Positions 58,169 through 64,000 of a DNA stretch of 64,000 nucleotides are shown here, in pieces. The notes under the pieces are model-generated. The model was not told where the DNA came from, searched no databases, and saw nothing but the letters and a program-made list of their open reading frames with translations. The stretch is from Octopus vulgaris (taxonomy: Eukaryota), in the NCBI GenBank assembly GCA_951406725.2, contig OX597829.1:1860001-1924000 (forward strand), given 5' to 3'. Position 1 is the first letter of the stretch, and the number at the start of each line of letters is the position of its first letter. The position numbers were made by a program, and so were the translations under genes.

Positions 58169-59153
58169 CTGTGCATATCAATGTATGTATATATGAATAT
58201 TTATATATGTTTATGTATCTGAGAGTATGTATATATATGTGTGTGCTTGTGTGTGTGTAGTGAAAAAGACAGTAATCTTCAATTATTTACAGACTCGTGA
58301 TTGTAATGTTTCCAATACCATTTTGGTGATTCCGAAAATAACCAGCAGGTCACCATGTAGTACTAAATACATTATTTGATTCCACTATAGGTCTGAGTTC
58401 TTTATTTTCTGCATGTGTGGAATATCAAATTAACTACAAAAGTAATTAAAATTGGAAATTGCATGTAAACGAATGAACATAAAATATTGTTGATATATTA
58501 GATTTATTGTTATTACATATGTGTTAATGCTGAATGTTGGATACATTAAGAAATAAAATATTTATGATCACCTCTTTGCTATATTGGTACTTTATTATTG
58601 ATTAGCACATATTAAGGCACTGAGTGAGCAGAACCATTCACATCACCAGACAAAATGCTTATCAGCAAGAATTTCATTTGTCTTCATGTTCTGAGTTCAA
58701 ATCCTGCCAATGTTGAATTTGCCTTTCATATTCAGAGTTTAAATTCTGTCGAAAGTTGACTTTGCTTCCACCACCATTTTGAAGTACCAATAAATAGTAC
58801 CAATCAAATACTGAGGTCAATATTATTGAATTCACCCCCACCCCCGCACACTCAAAAACTGCTGGCATTGTGCAAAAAAATTAATACCATTATTGATTAG
58901 CAAATATTATTATGAGACAGATATTTCCAGATGTTATTTACTTCTACATATGCATACACACACAAACACACACACACATGTACACATATATATGCAGAAA
59001 CACTTACATACATACACACACTTCACACATATGCATGCATAATGTACACACACACATATATATAAATATACAAATGTACATACATAGAATGGAGTTATAT
59101 ATATATAATATATATTGTTAAAAGACACACACACACATACATATATATATTTG

Positions 59154-59184
<31 letters not shown>

Positions 59185-59185
<1 letters not shown>

Positions 59186-59382
59186 TAGAGCACCACCATT
59201 AGTCGAGCAAATCGACTGAGGACTTATTCTTTGTAAGCCTAGTACTTATTCTATCAGTCGGTTTCTTTTGCTGAACTGCTAAGTTACAGGGGCATAAACA
59301 CACCAGCATCGGTTGTCAAGTGATGTTGGTGGGACAAACACAGATACACAAACATACACACACACACACACATATATATATG

Positions 59383-59444
<62 letters not shown>

Positions 59445-59600
59445 CATATATATGACGGGCTTCGTTCAGTTTCCGTCTACCAAATCCACTCACAAGACTT
59501 TGGTCGGCCCAAGGCTATAGCAGAAGACACTTGCCCAAGGTGCCATGCAGTGGGACTGAACCCAGAACCATGTGGTTGGTAAGCAAGCTACTTACACTCT
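59185..59600 (-). mobile_element. SINE family D with internal (TA)n(TG)n
   Basis: tRNA-like head, ccttgggcaagtgtctt block, internal microsatellite, conserved 3' module. Confidence 0.85.
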
Positions 59601-60581
59601 TACGCCTATATATATATATATATTCTGTTCCACTGCATGTCACCTTGGGCAAGTGTCTTCTCCCATAGCCTCAGGCTAAACAAAGACTTGTTATAGAAGT
59701 TGAAAGAAGCCCCTTGTATATATGAATATATATGTATGTGTGTGTGTGTGTCTTTGTCTTTCTGTTTATCTCCATCACTGCTTGACAACCAGTGTTGGTA
59801 GGTTTGTTCTTGGCATCCTTTTGTCTCAGAAGACAATGGAGTTACTCATAGACTAATCTAGTCTGGTTTCTATATTTCATGTCCTCTCCAGTTTTGCGCA
59901 GGCTCAGGCTAGATGTAAAAAAATCCTGGGTGGTTCAATCGTCAGGATTCCTCTTTTGACCTTGGTGTCGTAGTCCAAAGGAGTGCAGAGCATTACGTTT
60001 GGCACCAGCTTGGTTGCAGGAGCTGCCGGAAGTGTGTCAAGTCGAACACTAAACCGCCTACGAGGCTCCACTCCGGATATCTTTGAAGGTTGTCTCCTTT
60101 CAGTAACCCTGGATATGGGCCCATACTGGACACTGTCAGCCGGAGACAGCTGAACCTGGGACTTGTGTCAGGCAGGGTTGTCACTCCCTGAAGTAGTGAA
60201 GAAAATCGCTACCCACTACCAGTATGTTTCCAGCCCAGTATCTAAGCAGTTCAGCAAAACAGACCAATAGAATAAGTACTAGGCTTAAGAAATAAGTCCT
60301 GGGATCAATTTGATCAACAAAACCCCTTCAAAGCGAAACTCCAGCATGGCCACAGTCAAATGACTGAAAAAGTAAAAAGAAAAAGGATAGATAGATAGAT
60401 AGATAGATAAACAGATAGATGGATAGACAGATAGATAGACAGACAGACAGACAGATAGATAGATAGATAGATAGATAGACAGAAAGGGAGACAGTTAGAT
60501 AGATGGACAGACAGATATATATCTACATATAGCTCTCCATATATGTGCATTGATATATATATATACAACACACACAAACAC

Positions 60582-60626
<45 letters not shown>

Positions 60627-61023
60627 TATATGTGGATATATATATATATATATCCACATATATATATATGTGTGTGTGTGTGTATGTATGTATACATTAA
60701 GGATGAATGATTAACCAAAGATATGTAATTGATATTTCAAAGCCTTCCCTTGTTGTCTGCTTATCTATGTTTGTTTCAATAATTTTTATGCTCTCATGAA
60801 ATCATTTCATCAGGAAAAAGTATTAACTTTTACTGATAAAATGTTTTTATGTGTAGGTTCAAAGACTGACTCACAACAAGACTAGTTTGCAGACTTAGGT
60901 TGCTTTGGCCTATACAGAATCTTGACCAAGTGCTTCGACATGACATGGGAATGTATATGTATATTCGTGAAATGTGTGTTTTTAAATGCAATCTATATAA
61001 CATATATATATATATATATATAT

Positions 61024-61277
61024 ACCGGAGTAAACACATAAATGTGAAACAAGGTGGAAAAAAGAGTACTCAAATACCAGTGGTAGAGTAATATGCCTTA
61101 TTTAAAGCAGCAGAAAATTCAACAAAACCTGTTACTCTGAGTTTCCTGTTGCCGTTCATCGGACAGTTTTTGCTAGAATGCAAGAATTGACATATCGGTT
61201 CCATTCTAGCAAAAACTGTCCGATGAACAGCAACAGGAAACTCTGAGTAACAGGTTTTGTTGAATTTTCTGCTGCTT

Positions 61278-61283
<6 letters not shown>
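61024..61283. mobile_element. Fold-back HHR element within (TA)n
   Basis: 82-bp arms 61099-61180 / 61202-61283 plus tail 61024-61098; ctgt-CCGATGA-acagcaacag-GAAAC-tctga-GTA-acag at 61216-61253, mirror at 61129-61166. Confidence 0.85.
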
Positions 61284-61324
<41 letters not shown>

Positions 61325-61674
61325 TTCTTGCATGCTTGTATCTCAGAAAAAGTATAGGTTTTGCCATTGTCTCAAAGGGTGATTCTCAAGTAGAGTTCTT
61401 GCATCATCAGCATCATCTCAAAGACAAATGAATAGTTCACTCCAAGAGGTCCCTGTTCTGTAAATATTACCTCAGTATAATGAAGCATCAAAGCAACAAT
61501 ATATGGTAACAAGAGTGCTTCCCAACTCGCATGGTACTTGATGCCGTCTCACACTGAGGTAACATGCGCAAGCGTCTGCCTCAATAGCTCCAGGCATATT
61601 TTATATATATATATATATGTGTGTGTGCGTGTGTATATATATTATATATATATGTATATTATATGTATATATAC

Positions 61675-62092
61675 TCTCTTTACTCTTTACTCTTTTAATT
61701 GTTTGTCATTAGACTGCGGCCATGCTGGAGCACCACCTTTAATCAAGCAACTCGACCCCGGAACTTATTCTTTTTGTAAGCCCAGTACTTATTCTATTGG
61801 TCTCTTTTGCCGAACTGTGAAGTTACGGGGACATAAACACACCAGCATCGGTTGTCAAGCAATGCTAGGTGGATAAACACAGATACACAAACAGACACAT
61901 GCATATATATATAAATATACATATATACGACAGGCTTCTTTTCTGCTTCCGTCTACCAAATCCAGTCACAAGGCATTGGTCGGCCCGGGGCTATAGCAGA
62001 AGACACTTGCCCAAGATGCCACGCAGTGGGACTGAACCCGGAACCATGTGATTGGTAAACAAGGTACTTACCACACAGCCACTCCTGCGCCT
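61675..62092 (-). mobile_element. SINE family D, full length
   Basis: Head ggcgcaggagtggctgtgtggtaag through a tail of taaaagag repeats on the minus strand. Confidence 0.88.
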
Positions 62093-62119
62093 ATATATAT
62101 CATATATATAGCATATATA

Positions 62120-62165
<46 letters not shown>

Positions 62166-62710
62166 GTGTGTACGTTATATATATATATATATCATATATG
62201 AATATGTGTATTATATATATATATCATATATGTAAATGTGTATATATATATTTATATTATATATAATATATATACAGATATATATAATACATATAAAATA
62301 TATATATGTAATAAATATCTAAAATGTATACATAATATATATGTTTATAGAATATATATATATATATAACATACATATATATATATATACATAAAATATA
62401 TACATAATATATATAAAATATATATATATATGTATGATTTATGTATATAATATATATACATAAATGTAGAATATATGTATATACAAATAAAATATATACT
62501 TGTATCTAGAATTTATATATATATATATACAGATTCTTTTGTTTCTTTTTTACTTGATTCAGTCATTTGACTGCAGGCAGGCTGGAACACTGTTCGATCG
62601 AGCGAATTGACCCCAGGACATATTCTTTCTAAGCCTAAGTACTTCTCTATCAGTCTCATTTGCAGAACCGCTTGGTCACGGGGATAAAGCACATGAGCAT
62701 ATATATAATA

Positions 62711-62753
<43 letters not shown>

Positions 62754-62953
62754 GTATATATATACACCTAATATAATATATATACGTATATAATATATAT
62801 AATGTATATATATAATATATAAATATATTTTATATATAATGTGCATATAACATATATAAAAAACATATATACAATATATATATAATATTTGTATATAATA
62901 AATATATAATTTATACTATAAAATATAATATATATATGAATATATAATATGTA

Positions 62954-62985
<32 letters not shown>

Positions 62986-63067
62986 ATGTATATAATATAT
63001 TTATAATATATATACGTTTAAATATTTGTTGTGCAAGATTTTTTATACGAAAGAAGAAAACAAAGGA

Positions 63068-63107
63068 CCACTGATGCGGTCACAGGAGTGTGACAAAAGA
63101 ACTCTGG
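63068..63107 (+). ncRNA. Decayed hammerhead
   Basis: cca-CTGATGc-g-gtcac aggagt gtgac-aAAA-gaac-TC-tgg; G12 lost, consistent with CpG decay. Confidence 0.5.
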
Positions 63108-63223
63108 CCGAAATAAGATTAAGATTAATGTAAAAAATAAATAACAGTGAAGCAAAATAACACCAAATATATAGTGCGTGTGTTTTTATTGGCTAAACTG
63201 GCAATATGACCATTCCGAAATAT

Positions 63224-63287
<64 letters not shown>

Positions 63288-63359
63288 TTTCATTATATTT
63301 ATATATATTATATATGTATAATATAGATAATATTCTTTGATTCTTTTTTCTTTTATTCT

Positions 63360-63722
63360 CTTATTCTTTTACTTGTTTCAGTCATTTGACTGCGGCCATG
63401 ATGGAGCACCGCCTTTAGTCAAGCAAATCGACCCCAGGACTTATTCTTTGGAATCCTAGTACTTATTGTATCAGACATAATCATACCAGCATTGGTTGTC
63501 AAGTGATGTTGGGAGGACAAACACAGACACACAAACATATACACACACATACATATATACGATGGGTTTCTTTCAATTTCCCTCTACCAAATCCACTCAC
63601 AAGGCTTTGACAGCATGAGGCTATACTAGAAGACACTTGCCCAAGGTGCCATGCAGTGGGACTGAACCCAGAACCATGAGGTTGGTATGCAAGCTACTTA
63701 CCACACAGCCTCTCCTACACCT
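63360..63722 (-). mobile_element. SINE family D
   Basis: Consensus match, CpG-depleted. Confidence 0.85.
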
Positions 63723-63736
63723 ATATATATATATTA

Positions 63737-63885
63737 TTACTCTTTTACACTCTTTTACATGTTTCAGTCATTAGACTGTGGCCATACTGGAGCACCGCCT
63801 TTAATCGAGCAACTCGATTAAAGGCGGTGCTCCAGTATGGCCACAGTCTAATGACTGAAACATGTAAAAGAGTGTAAAAGAGTAA
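63737..63885. repeat. Perfect palindrome of the SINE D 3' module
   Basis: 73-bp arms 63737-63809 / 63813-63885, 3-nt loop caa. Confidence 0.9.
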
Positions 63886-63923
63886 AAGAGTATAATGTAT
63901 ATAACATATATATAATACATATA

Positions 63924-64000
63924 TCTTTATATATAAAAGTGAAGTTGTGTGTCTGTCTCCTACGATTTAGATTCCTAACTACTCCCACATTTTGCGGTGC
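63924..64000 (+). mobile_element. Helitron 5' end (same family as 12834-13344), runs off the window
   Basis: TCtttatatataaaa...gatttagattcctaactactcccacattttgcggtgc is the reverse complement of about 13263-13344. Confidence 0.8.

Noticed and set aside
58350-58412. Possible minus-strand terminal exon (cag|..NKELRPIVESNNVFSTTW*)
   Set aside because: Too short, with no recognisable homology or partner exons.
61350-61415. Minus-strand CTGATGA-tgc...gca-aaac
   Set aside because: Lacks G12 and stem I pairing; could be chance.

Overview
AT-rich, microsatellite-saturated animal DNA. The repeat content suggests a cephalopod such as Octopus, which is an inference. No intact host protein-coding gene is visible, and almost all long ORFs in the track are microsatellite artefacts. 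Recognisable coding remnants are a 5'-truncated Penelope-like element (PLE) GIY-YIG endonuclease, a near full-length piggyBac transposase pseudogene, and mariner and hAT fragments. tRNA-derived SINEs, MITEs and non-autonomous Helitrons are abundant. The main hidden signal is about 14 complete and several decayed or half type-I hammerhead ribozyme (HHR) motifs, from roughly 8 or more unrelated sequence families. They sit in short non-coding units embedded in (TA)n tracts. Many units form long fold-back palindromes with the inversion point at or near the ribozyme, and two are partial tandem monomers (284 and 576 bp) resembling retrozymes. Several HHRs have variant cores (CCGANGA, an extra A, or a loop-less palindromic stem III) that would need dimerisation. 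CpG decay in repeats right of about 52 kb suggests entry into a methylated gene body.
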